Assembly (NCBI GenBank): GCA_009914755.4
Contig: CP068257.2
Coordinates: 14,816,001-14,880,000, forward strand
Origin: the human T2T-CHM13v2.0 reference genome, Homo sapiens
Reading direction: 5' to 3'
DNA length: 64,000 bases
Shown: positions 53,296-64,000 of the stretch, piece by piece
Layout of the letters: every line of letters starts with the position of its first letter
How positions within the stretch are numbered: position 1 is the first letter of the stretch
Position numbers and translations under genes: made by a program
The notes under the pieces: model-generated
The model's input: only the letters and a program-made list of their open reading frames with translations
Database searches by the model: none
What the model was told of the DNA's origin: nothing

Positions 53296-55550
53296 TTTTT
53301 TTTTTTCAACTTTTATTTTAGATCCAGGGGTAACATGTACAGGTTTGTTACCTGGCTGTATTGCATAATGCTGAGGTTTGGGGCCAAATGATCCCATCAC
53401 TCAGGTACTGAGCCTCGTACCCAATAGCTAGTTTTACAGCCATTGACCTCCTCCCTTCCTCCCACCTTTAGAGTCCCAAGTGTCTATCATTGCCATCTTT
53501 ATGTCCATGCGTACCGAATATTTAGCTCCCACTTATAAGTGAAAACATGTGATATTTGGTTTTCTATTTGGCAAAAAATTAACTTGGGACAGTGTCCTCC
53601 AGCTGCATCCATGTTGCTGCAAAGGATAGGATCTCATTGTTTTTTACGGCTGCATAGTAGTCCATGTACCACATTTTCTTTATGCAGTCCTCTGTTGTTG
53701 GGCCCGTAGGTAGATTCCATGTCTTTGCTATTGTGAATAGTGCTCTGATGAACATGCCAGTGCATGTGTCTTTTTCATAGAATGCTTTGTTTTCTTTTGG
53801 CTATATAGCCAGTAATGGGATCGCTGGGTAGAATGATAGTCCAGGTTCTTTGAGAAATTACCAGACTGCTTTCCACAGTGGCTGAACTCATTTACATTCC
53901 CATGACCAGTGTGTAAGTGTTCCCTTTTCCCGCAGTCTTAGCAGCATCTGTTGTTTCTTACTTTTAGACAATAGCCATTCTGACTGGCCTGAGACAGTAC
54001 CTCATTGTGGTTTTAATTTGCATTTCTGTGATGATTAGTGATGTGGAACATTTTTTCATATATTTCTTGGCCACTTGTATGTCTTTCAAGATGTGTCTGT
54101 TCATGTTTTTTGCCTACTTTTTAATAGCTTTTTTAATTATTCAATTGTATAAGTTCCATATAGATCCTGGATATCAGGCCTTTGTTTGATGCATAATTTG
54201 TAAATGTTTTCTCCCATTCTGTAGGTTGTCTGTTTCCTCTGTTGATAGTTTCTTTTGCTGTGCAGAAGCTCTTTAGGTCCCACTTTGTCAATTTTTGTTT
54301 ATGTTGTGATTGCTTCTGAGAACTTAGTCATAAATTTTTTTCCCAAGGCCAATGTCCAAATGGTGTCGCCTAGGTTTTCTTCTAGCATTCTTATAGTTTG
54401 AAGTCTTAACATTTACATTTTTATTTCATCTTGAGTTAAATTTTTGTATATGGTGAAAAGTAAAGGTCCAGTTTTATTCTGCTGCATATGGCTAGCCAGC
54501 ATCAAGAATAGGAAGTCCTTTCTCCCTTGCTTACTTTTCAAATCAATTTTGTTGAATATCAGATAGGCTGTAGGTGTGCCACTTTATTTTTGGGGTCTTG
54601 ATTCTGTTCCATTGATCTTTGTGTCTATTTTTCTACTAGGACCATGTTGTTTGGTTACTATAGCCTTATAGTATAAAGTCAGGTCATTGTGATGCCTCCA
54701 GATTTGTTCATTTTGCTTAGGATTGCTTTGCCTATTTAGGCTCTTTTATGGTTCCATGTGAATTTTAGAATAGTTTTTTCAAATCCTGTGAAAAATGACA
54801 TTGGTAGTTTAATAGGAATATCTCTGAATCTGTAGATTGCTTTGGGCAGTCTGGCCATTTTAACGATACTGATGCTTTCAATCCATGAGCCTGGAGTGTT
54901 TTTCCATTTCTTTGTCTTTTAGTAGTGTTTTGTAGTTCTCCTTGTAGAGATCTTTCACACTCTGGGTTAGATGTATTCGGAAATATTTTATTTTTTGTGT
55001 GACTATTGTAAATGGGATTGCATTTTTAATTTGGCTCTCAGCTTGAGCTTTATTGATGTATAGAAATTCTACTGGTTTTTATACATTTATTTTTTATCTT
55101 GAAACTCTATTTAAGTTATTTATCAGTTCCAGGAGTCTTTTGGTGGCCTCTATGGTTTTCTACTAGTTATAATGGAAATAACTATGATTATTAAAATAAT
55201 CACTACTATAATAATTATGATTCTAATAAAGAATCATATCATATATGAAGAGAGATAGCTTGACTTATTTTCCTATTTGGCTGCCTTTTATTTCTTTCTC
55301 TTGTTTGATTGCTTTGGCTAGCACTTCCAGTTGTATGTTGAATAGGAGTGGTGAGAGCGGGCATCATTGTTTTGTTCTACTTCTCAAAGGGAATGCTTCC
55401 AGTTTTTGCCCATTCAGTATGATGTTGGTTGTGAGTTTGTCATAGGTAGCTTCTATTATTTTGAGGTATGTTCTTTCAGTGTCTAGCTTCTTGAGGGTTT
55501 TTATCATGAAAGGATTTTGGATTTTATCAAAAGCTTTGAAGAAGCATTTT
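53296..55550 (-). mobile_element. L1 (L1P-family), 5'-truncated about 2.25 kb copy, antisense; ORF2 remnant only
   Basis: Poly-T, then 'caacttttattttagatccaggggtaacatgtacaggtttgttacctggctgtattgcataatgctgaggtttgggg...ctcccacttataagtgaaaacatgtgatatttgg...'. Then the ORF2 C-terminal region in antisense: '...cctcattgtggttttaatttgcatttctgtgatgattagtgatgtggaacattttttcatatatttcttggccacttgtatgtc...', up to the RT-domain remnant '...ggattttggattttatcaaaagc' at about 55550. Confidence 0.85.
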
Positions 55551-55974
55551 GTTGAATTAAGTTGATACTTATTTTTTACTTATTACTAACAAGCATAAAT
55601 ACCTGAAACTGTAGAATAAAACACTTCTACAATATATCACTTCTATTGAAAAAAGGAATTTCAGTAATAATTTGGACAAATGATAGTGAAGGGAGTAGGA
55701 GGGGATATTTCTAAAAAAAATTCTGATACATCACAACAAGACTTTATAAGTGTAAAATTAGATGCTGCTTATTATGTACATGGAGAAAGGCATTTTGTAG
55801 TGTAGTCTGAGCAATAACCTTTTGAAATGAAACATATTAATCATGCTTGCTCAACATATGTAAGAAATCTTTGTAAACACATATGCACGTGTTATCATTT
55901 CAGAAGCTCAGGCTAAATAGTTAAATAGATCCATTCTCCACATCCTAGATAAATTTCTGGGTAAATAAACTATC

Positions 55975-56125
55975 ATCTAGATTTATCTAGTTACATTTTT
56001 AGATAAATTTATCTGGATACATTTTTAGATAAATTTATCTAGATACATTTTTAGATAAATTTATCTGGATACATTTTTAGGTAAATTTATCTAGATACAT
56101 TTTTAGGTAAATTTATCTAGATAAG
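55975..56125. repeat. Minisatellite: about 5.5 tandem copies of a 26-bp unit 'tagataaatttatct(a/g)gatacatttt'
   Basis: Read directly from the sequence: 'ttacattttTAGATAAATTTATCTggatacattttTAGATAAATTTATCTagatacattttTAGATAAATTTATCTggatacattttTAGgTAAATTTATCTagatacattttTAGgTAAATTTATCTagataag'. The array is bounded by the near-identical flanks 'ctagataaatttctgggtaaataaactatcatc' (left) and 'ctagataagtttctggataaactatcatc' (right). Confidence 0.9.
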
Positions 56126-56567
56126 TTTCTGGATAAACTATCATCTTTATCAAATTCACATATCTGTAGTTAAACACTATGATCACAGATCCATTGTCTG
56201 TAAAGTAAATAATGCAAATGAAATTCAGAAGTCAATTCTGACCCCAGCTCTACTATAGACAAAGTTGTTTCCAAAAACAAGTTTGATTTCAAGTTGTTGG
56301 ATTGAAAAAAACAAAAAACAAAAAAGTATATACTCTGCATATCTAGATATTACTTTTAGCTTTGCTAATCTAGTTCTCTTTTCTATCTTAAAATAACAAA
56401 TAGAAAGATAGTCTTCTTTTTAAATTGAAAACATAATATAAAAAGTTGTAATTGTTTAACTGTATACATACACACATATATACATATAGACATGCACAAA
56501 TACATTTATGTACACACATTCTTCCCTTTTCATATCACTTTCCATTTTTATTTTTCTTTAAAAGCAT

Positions 56568-56690
56568 TTTTTGAGACATGGCTATCACTGTATCACCCAG
56601 TCTTTAATCAAACTCATGGGTTCAAGTGATCCTCCCACCTCAGCCTCCCAAGTAGCTGGAACTGCAAGGATGTACCACTATGCCTGGCTC
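56568..56690 (-). repeat. Alu right-arm fragment, antisense, internally deleted
   Basis: 'gagacatggctatcactgtatcacccagtc...ctcatgggttcaagtgatcctcccacctcagcctcccaagtagctggaactgcaaggatgtaccactatgcctggc'. Confidence 0.7.
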
Positions 56691-58049
56691 CATTTTCAAG
56701 TAATAAGGAAACACAGATTTGACCAAGTAGTGCTGGGATTTGTTCATTAGAAATCCATTTCAAAAATATTTTGAAAACATGGTCAAGACACATAATGCAC
56801 CTGATAGCGTACTTGAATTATTCTATCAAAAATATGCAAATAATAAATTTATTGATGTATATACATTACACCTAGCTTTGTGTTTTCTCCTTTCTATCTT
56901 CTGCCCAAAGTGGGATATGTTACTGCCTATGAGCCACCATAGAGCAAACACTAGAGTGACTGCTTACTTTTTTTGTAGCCTTCTAGATATTACATCATTG
57001 GAATGTCAGACAAAGCCTTGAAATTCATACTCCATCAAGTATGTGATTTTTGTAATACTTTAGGAACAGAATAAATTTTAAAATATTTCACAGGATTGTG
57101 AAATTTTTACCCACCAGTGTCTAGGTGTACATGAAACTCTTCAGATTTTGTTTTCACCCCTTCTCACCCAACCTCCTTTTTACAACTGCTCTCAGTTATG
57201 ACCAGCACTTTACACTTTTAAAAGTACACATGACTTAACTGTCATAAGCCATCAGAGGAAAAACATTTGGCCTTATGTTAAAGAACTTTTTCACATGTTT
57301 TATCATTTCTACAAGATTTTAAGCTTTTTGAAGACATGGAACTATTTCTCGTGTAGCACTTTACACATATGCAGTACTCATTTTTTATTAAATATTAAAG
57401 GAGTGAAAGCCATCTTCACACTATTCTATGATTGGATTATCTGTATGTTTTTTCTGGGCCACTGAAGATTAAGTTGAATAAACGAGGAGCTGGCACAAAC
57501 CCTGACAGATAGTAGAAAGTTGACATCCTAACAGAGACAAAGAAAGAAGTATAAATGAAGATAATGAAACTCAAAATATAAATAAAAAATAAATATAACA
57601 TAATATAATAAAGAATATAAAATATAAAGACGATGTAGATTAGGGGTAAATAAATTCTATTTTTTAAAAACTGTATGGACCTTCTACTTTGGGCAGTAGG
57701 CTACATAGACATTGAATATTACAGCAATTTAAAGGATCATATTCTTTTTTGTGAAAGACTATCTTGTTCCATTAAGGAGATGGGACACTCTGTTCAATCA
57801 AAGTGCAAAATCAAAGCCTATAATCATGACACCTAGAAAACTAAATTTACCTAGAAAGCTAAAATTATGATAATGTTTTCTGTTTTGTAACTCCAAATAT
57901 GCAATAGTTTCTAAATATATATAATATATATATTTAGATACATATATTTAGATAAAATAATATATAATATATTTAAAAACATATTTTTTATTTTAAAAAT
58001 TATTTTAAATAGTCTTTGGTTAAGTTAATTTCTAGGTATTTCTTTGGTT

Positions 58050-58200
58050 AGTTTCTACATACTGAATTTTATGTGTGGCTTTTGTAAATGGAATTTTTTA
58101 AATTTCATTTTCAGGTTGTTTACTGTTCGCGTATAGAAATGCTACTGGTTTTTGTGTATTGATTTTGTATCCTGCGATTTTACTGAATCAGTTTATGTAC
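58050..58200 (-). mobile_element. Short L1 ORF2 fragment, antisense
   Basis: '...gttgtttactgttcgcgtatagaaatgctactggtttttgtgtattgattttgtatcctgcgattttactgaatcagtttat' parallels 18540-18640 of L1#1 in this window ('cagattgttcactgttggtatatagaaatgctactggtttttatatggtgattttgtatcctgcaactttactgaatttatcagtt'). Confidence 0.55.
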
Positions 58201-60288
58201 AAATCACATACATTCTTTTTTTTCTTTTTAGTTACACAGGTATTTTGTAAAATGAAGTTATTCTTCACAAACATAATATGAATGAAATTATCCTTGCATT
58301 ACTCTAAAAATGAATGTTATAGATAAACAAAAATCAATGTTTTCACCCATATTAGTATGGTAATCTAGAAAAGTTTGTATGCAGAACATGGACAGTAAAC
58401 TCCTTCTATAGTCCATGAGATGATTGCAAGTATAAATCTTACGAGATTTCCATTTGGTTCTCCTGGAGATAAGGGATGCTTAAAAACTGACGTATTCAGT
58501 CCAGTGGCCATTAATATGGGGATAATCTGGAATATTCCATTGTGGATCTGGAACAAATTTAACACAATTCACTACAGACGGCAGTGTATGAATAATCCAT
58601 GTGTTTTGCTAATTCTGCCTGCTCTTGGTTCAGTGACATGCTTTTTAAGGAGAATCTGTCATTACACATGCAGAAGACATTCAGGCCTGGGGGATATCAC
58701 TACTCCAGCATAACCTCAAGTTAGTGGGGAGATTAAAGTCTGAAGTCAAAATTATTTCATCTGAAGTCAAAATTGTTATAAAATTGAAAACACATACTTG
58801 AGGGTAAAGTGAGGTCATAGAGTGACTTTTCAAAAGCAGAATATACTCTCTATAACTGAGAAAAGACAGAGGAAGAGTGCCTGGTGGGCTGTGGTAAACA
58901 GAAAACCGAGGTGCAGCTCCTTTTGTGCACTCAGACACCATACTGGGTTGTTCACTGGATTCACTCTACCTTTCTAGGATGGCATTAATTAATTATTATT
59001 CATTTTTCATTCTTCAAAACACCCACATTTGCACCTAGATATTGCTTGAGCATATTCATTTGACTGTGGAGAAACATACTTATCAAATAATCCAGTTGCA
59101 ATAAGGGAATAATGAACAGGTATTTTCAGTTCTGGGGGTCATGCCCTACCCAGCAGTACTCCCAATTAATGGTTCAAATATGGGATTGGCTCTTCACTGG
59201 GCAGCTCTGGCTCAAGCTTCACTTCTTTCCAAAGGCTTTTCCACTTACTTGAGGTGATGCAATTGATGATGTCATATGTACATTTGATATTGAATCAAGA
59301 AAGCCCTGATGATGCCTCCCATTAAATAGAAAGAAATGTCTTGAATATTTATGATTTTGTTATTTAAGTCTGAATAAAACCTTTCATTTGCTAAATGGTT
59401 GTTCTTATAGCCCATCCTTTCCTTTAAATCTGAAATTAGTTAATACATAAAATATAACTCCTAAGTGGTCAAGAAAGATGCCAGACTTCCTAGACTGCTA
59501 TACTTAACATGCAAACCTCACTTGGCATGTAAACCAGAAAATGAAATATTGTGAATGGTTACCGTAAATGTCTTCTTAAACGAAGTCCAATTAATAAAAC
59601 AACTAATAGTTTTACTGGTCTGCAACATCTTTGACTACCCAAATTTATTCATTTTAAACTTGACGTGATTTATCATTTTTAACTCAATACAGCACTAGGA
59701 CCTCTTTAAAATTTCATAGAAAGAAAGGATTTATGACATATATTTAAAATTTATTGGCTAATTTTTTTTAAAAATTTCAAATCAATTTATTTCAGGCCAT
59801 TGTAATCTGGTTTATATGGTCCCAGAGGGATGACTGTGGAACCCCAAATTCTTAGACCAGTCAAAACCCCACTGAATCTGCCAGACAAAGATTGAATGAA
59901 GACCTGAAGGCCAAATCTCTAGATCTGAGAAGACAAAATATCTAAAAGCAGCAGAAGAGGCATTATACAAAATTACTTAGAAAAAGCCCTTATATTAAAA
60001 ATTACATATTATTCAGTTTCTCTGTTTTGGAAAATTAAAAATTAAATGTACAATTTTTATATTTATTACAAAAGTAAGGGTTAAAACCCTAAACCACTTA
60101 AAACACCAGTTTTACCACACACTTAAACACAGAACTCTTCCCCAATGCGTGATGGGTAGCATTATACTAGCAAAGATAACCGTACTTTATGAACTTCATA
60201 CTTGTGTAAGTTGATTAGGGAAACTATTTTTAGAGTTATCAATCGAATCAATTCACATAAATTGCTTGGCACAATATCTGTACTTTAG

Positions 60289-60644
<356 letters not shown>

Positions 60645-61110
60645 CTATTTGTGTTTATTAACTAAAATGTTTTAACTATAACTTTTAAGTGTGTTAATAC
60701 ATATTGACTCATGTCAGTAATGATAAAACCTCATTTCACTTTTTGGTTGGTGTTTTAAGAACTTATGTTTATTTAAAATTCATCATTCCACTATGCAGCC
60801 ATCAAAAGGAATGAGATCATGTCCTTTGCAGGGGCATGGATGAAGCCATTATCCTCAGCATATATACATTATTACCTCAAAATATACATTATTACCTACT
60901 ATCATTACCTGCATTTAGGCCTTGCTTTTAAATTTCTCTTTGTGATCGACATGGTTTTCTTTCTTTCTGACAAATTAATTTCAATATCCTTATTATTGTC
61001 ATCAACTACTTTACCCTCCTGCTTTGCATGCCATCTCTGCCCCTCCATCCATCCCTGTCAAGTGCCACCTACAACCACAGCACACCATACCACAGTGTTT
61101 CTTATAGGCT

Positions 61111-61388
61111 TTTTTATTTTTTTCTGTTGCCTAGGCTGGAGTGCAGTGGCACCGTCTCAGGTCACTTCAACCTCCGCCTCCTGGGCTCAAGCGAGTCTCC
61201 CGCCTCAGCCTCCTGAGTACCTGGAATTGCAGGTGCCCATCACCATGCTCAGCTAATTTTTGTATTTTTAGTAGAGACGAGGTTTCACCATGTAGGCCAG
61301 GCTGGTCTCGAACTCCCAACCTCAAGTGATCTACCTGCCTCAGCCTCCCAAAGTACTGGGATTACAGGTGTGAGCCACTATGCCCTGC
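61111..61388 (-). mobile_element. Alu SINE, antisense, with a 16-bp target-site duplication
   Basis: T-rich tail, then 'ctgttgcctaggctggagtgcagtggcaccgtctcaggtcacttcaacctccgcctcctgggctcaagcgagtctcccgcctcagcctcctgagtacctggaattgcaggtgcccatcaccatgctcagctaatttttgtatttttagtagagacgaggtttcaccatgtaggccaggctggtctcgaactcccaacctcaagtgatctacctgcctcagcctcccaaagtactgggattacaggtgtgagccactatgccctgc'. Target-site duplication 'cttatag(g/c)ctttttta' at 61101-61116 and 61390-61405. Confidence 0.9.
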
Positions 61389-62689
61389 TTCTTATAGCCT
61401 TTTTTATTAATCTATTTTTTCCCAACTTCTTGGTCTAAATAAATCTGAATTTTTCAACTAGTTTGCCTCATGCAATTTTCTCCTCTATTGATTCTCAAGG
61501 CATGAATCATCAAAGCGGTCTTGTCAAAAGGAAACATTATTTTTTTACTAAAATTATGAAGAAATTGAAGCAAATGTGATTTCAAAGACCTAACTTTATC
61601 CAATTTTCTACTTTTTTCCAAGCTCTACATTTTCACAGTAAAACTTCTGTTTTATCTTTTAACAACATGATAAAGAAAAACACAGATGGAAGAACATTGA
61701 GGGGGAATTCCTAAATGGGAGCAGTTAGCAGCTATGAAAATGTAGATATTCAAGAAGAAAAGAAAAAGTAAGCAAAACTGAATCATGAGACCATAGAAGA
61801 GTCAAAAAAATGTCAATTTATCTCAGCTTTCTGCAAACTACAACCCATGGGCCAAATTCAAGGTCTGTTTTTGTACAATCTACACATTAAGAATGGTTTT
61901 TACAATGATACGTGTTAGAAAAATGTTTAGAAAGTCATATTTTATGATGTGAAAATTGATAAAATGTTGTTGTCCATAAATAAAGTTTTATTGGAACACC
62001 ATCACACTTTCATTTATGTATTTTCTATGACTGTTTTTATGCTGTAACAGCAGAATTAAGCAGTTGCGACAGAGATCATATGACATGCAGCATGTAAAAC
62101 ATGTATTATCTAGCCCTTCATAGAGAAGTTTGCTGTCTCCAGATTTAGAACATTCCCCTAAGTTAATTTTCCCAGCTGATTACATCACTGTTTATTGAGT
62201 ATCAGCTCTGGAATTTCAAGTTCAAATAAACCAAGGAGTACCTTCAGATTTTTTCATTAGAGTTTTTCTTTACAGTAACACAAGGTGGGAGCAAATAACC
62301 AGTAAGAGCAGTTACCTTCGTGTATCTGTCATTTTACAAAAAATTAACTGTTCATTTTGGGATAACTGTAGACTTATGCAGTTGTAAGAAATAAAACAGA
62401 GTTAGGTTAATCTTTATCCAGTTTCTCCAGTGCTAAAATCTTGAAAACTGTAGTACAATTGGAAAACAACGAAACAGTTGTACAAAACAGTACAACTGAA
62501 AACAATATTATAGCCCAGATGTTAACATTGATATAGACAAGATACAGAATGTTTCCATTACTATTAGAATCCCTTGTGTTGCCCTTCTATAGATACACCT
62601 GCTTCTCTCTCAATCCCATCTCTGCCTTCACTCCTTAGCAACTTACCTGTTTTCCATTTCTATAATTTTAACATTTCAGGAGTATGAAA

Positions 62690-63430
62690 ATGTAATCACA
62701 GAATGTGATCTTTGGGGATTGGCCTTTTTCACTCAGCATAATTCTCTTGAAATCAACCACATTGCTGAGTTTATCAATAGTTTGCTTCTTATTGAGTAGT
62801 ATTCCAGGGTATGAATATACTACATTTTAACCACTCATCAGCTGAAATACATCAAGGTGGTTTCCAGTTTGGGGCTATTGTGAATAAAGCTTCATGTATA
62901 GATTTTTCATGTAAATAGAAATTTTTATTTTGGGGGAATACATTCCCATGAGTCAAATTGCTGGACCATATGTTAAGTGTTTGTTTCATTTTTAAAATAA
63001 TTTGGCAAACAATCCCCAGAGTGGCTGTATCATTTTACGCTTTTGTTAGTAATATATGAATGATCCAATATACTCACCTACATTTGGTGTTGCCACTACT
63101 GTTTTGTTTGTTTATGTTAGACCTTCTAACAGGTATGTGGTGATATCTCATTGTGGTTTTAATTTGCATTTCCCTAATGTGCTTGTTTGTCATCCATATA
63201 GCCTCTTGGGTAGAATGTGTCTTATATGTTTTGCCCATTTGCCATTTAGACTGTTTGATTTTTTGACTGTTGAGTTGTGAGAAGTCTTTATGTTTTCTAG
63301 ATACTGGTCCTTTTTCAGATAGATGGTTTGAAAAGATATTCTTCCAATCTGTGGCTTGTCTTTTCATTCTCTTAATGGAATTGTTGGGTAGGAAGTGTAA
63401 TTTCTCCTCGACGCTCATAAATTCATAGTT
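62690..63430 (-). mobile_element. Old L1 (L1M-type) ORF2 C-terminal fragment, antisense
   Basis: The ORF track minus-strand 63074-63472 reads '...[64 protein letters not shown]', matching the L1 ORF2 tail (compare '...[40 protein letters not shown]...[29 protein letters not shown]'). DNA: 'ggtgatatctcattgtggttttaatttgcatttccctaatg...'. Confidence 0.7.
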
Positions 63431-64000
63431 CAAACAGACTTCAGTAGCAAAAGACAAACAAGAGAAAAACAATCAAGTTTATTAATATGCACAGTGCCTA
63501 TCACTCGGGAGAAACTTCAATGAAAGGTAACACAAGGGAGTGGCTTAGAAATCTGGTTTATATAGAATCTTCGACAAACAACAATGTATTTTAGAGAAAT
63601 GACATGACAAAGAAAAGCAGTTTTAGGCTTCCAGAGGCAGGAAGCTGTGGGAAGTTAAATATATAGAAAAAAACTAATGGAGTAAGATTTGTTTGTAGAT
63701 TCCTCTGGTGCCATCTCTCAGCTGATAAGAGTTGTTTCCAGAAAGGATTTATACCTTCTCCTTACATGGAAAAGGGTGAGGATAGACAGAGCTCTTCCTT
63801 TGTTGGCTGTTTCGTGATTGCCTTTAGCTCAACAATATTTGTGTCACAGAGGCACATTTTGGGGTGACATCTCTGGTTTCCTTCAGAGTATTTTATGGAG
63901 CAAAAGTGTTTAATTTTGATGAATCAACTTACCAATTTTTCTTTATGTATAGTGATTTTGTTATGAATTCCAGTAACTCTTTGCCTAGTTCCAGGTCCTA

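Overview
This window reads as hominoid (almost certainly human) intergenic or intronic DNA, AT-rich, with no CpG island. I found no convincing protein-coding exon, rRNA, tRNA or CRISPR array. More than half of it is recognisable interspersed repeats: (1) at least 14 Alu copies, including AluY-like elements, several with clear target-site duplications; (2) at least 8 L1 pieces, all non-coding remnants; (3) a complete THE1-type MaLR retroelement with both LTRs; (4) MLT1/MST-type solo LTRs, MIR fragments and assorted microsatellites. The L1 pieces include a near-full-length (about 6.3 kb) antisense L1 carrying a nested Alu and an internal tandem duplication, and a twin-primed L1 with a 5' inversion and 9-bp target-site duplications. 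Every ORF in the supplied six-frame track is a decayed L1 ORF1/ORF2 remnant, an Alu or LTR read-through, or noise. No novel gene system is supported by the sequence; the sequence itself argues against one. The observations I would look at again are: (a) a minisatellite (55975-56125) whose 26-bp unit contains a perfect 16-bp palindrome carrying two inverted GATA motifs; (b) the twin-primed L1; (c) the nested and duplicated structure inside the large L1; (d) a 24-bp exact direct repeat pair 1.3 kb apart in otherwise unique sequence; (e) a MIR copy containing an inverted internal segment that could fold as a hairpin. All coordinates are approximate, within about 10-20 bp.
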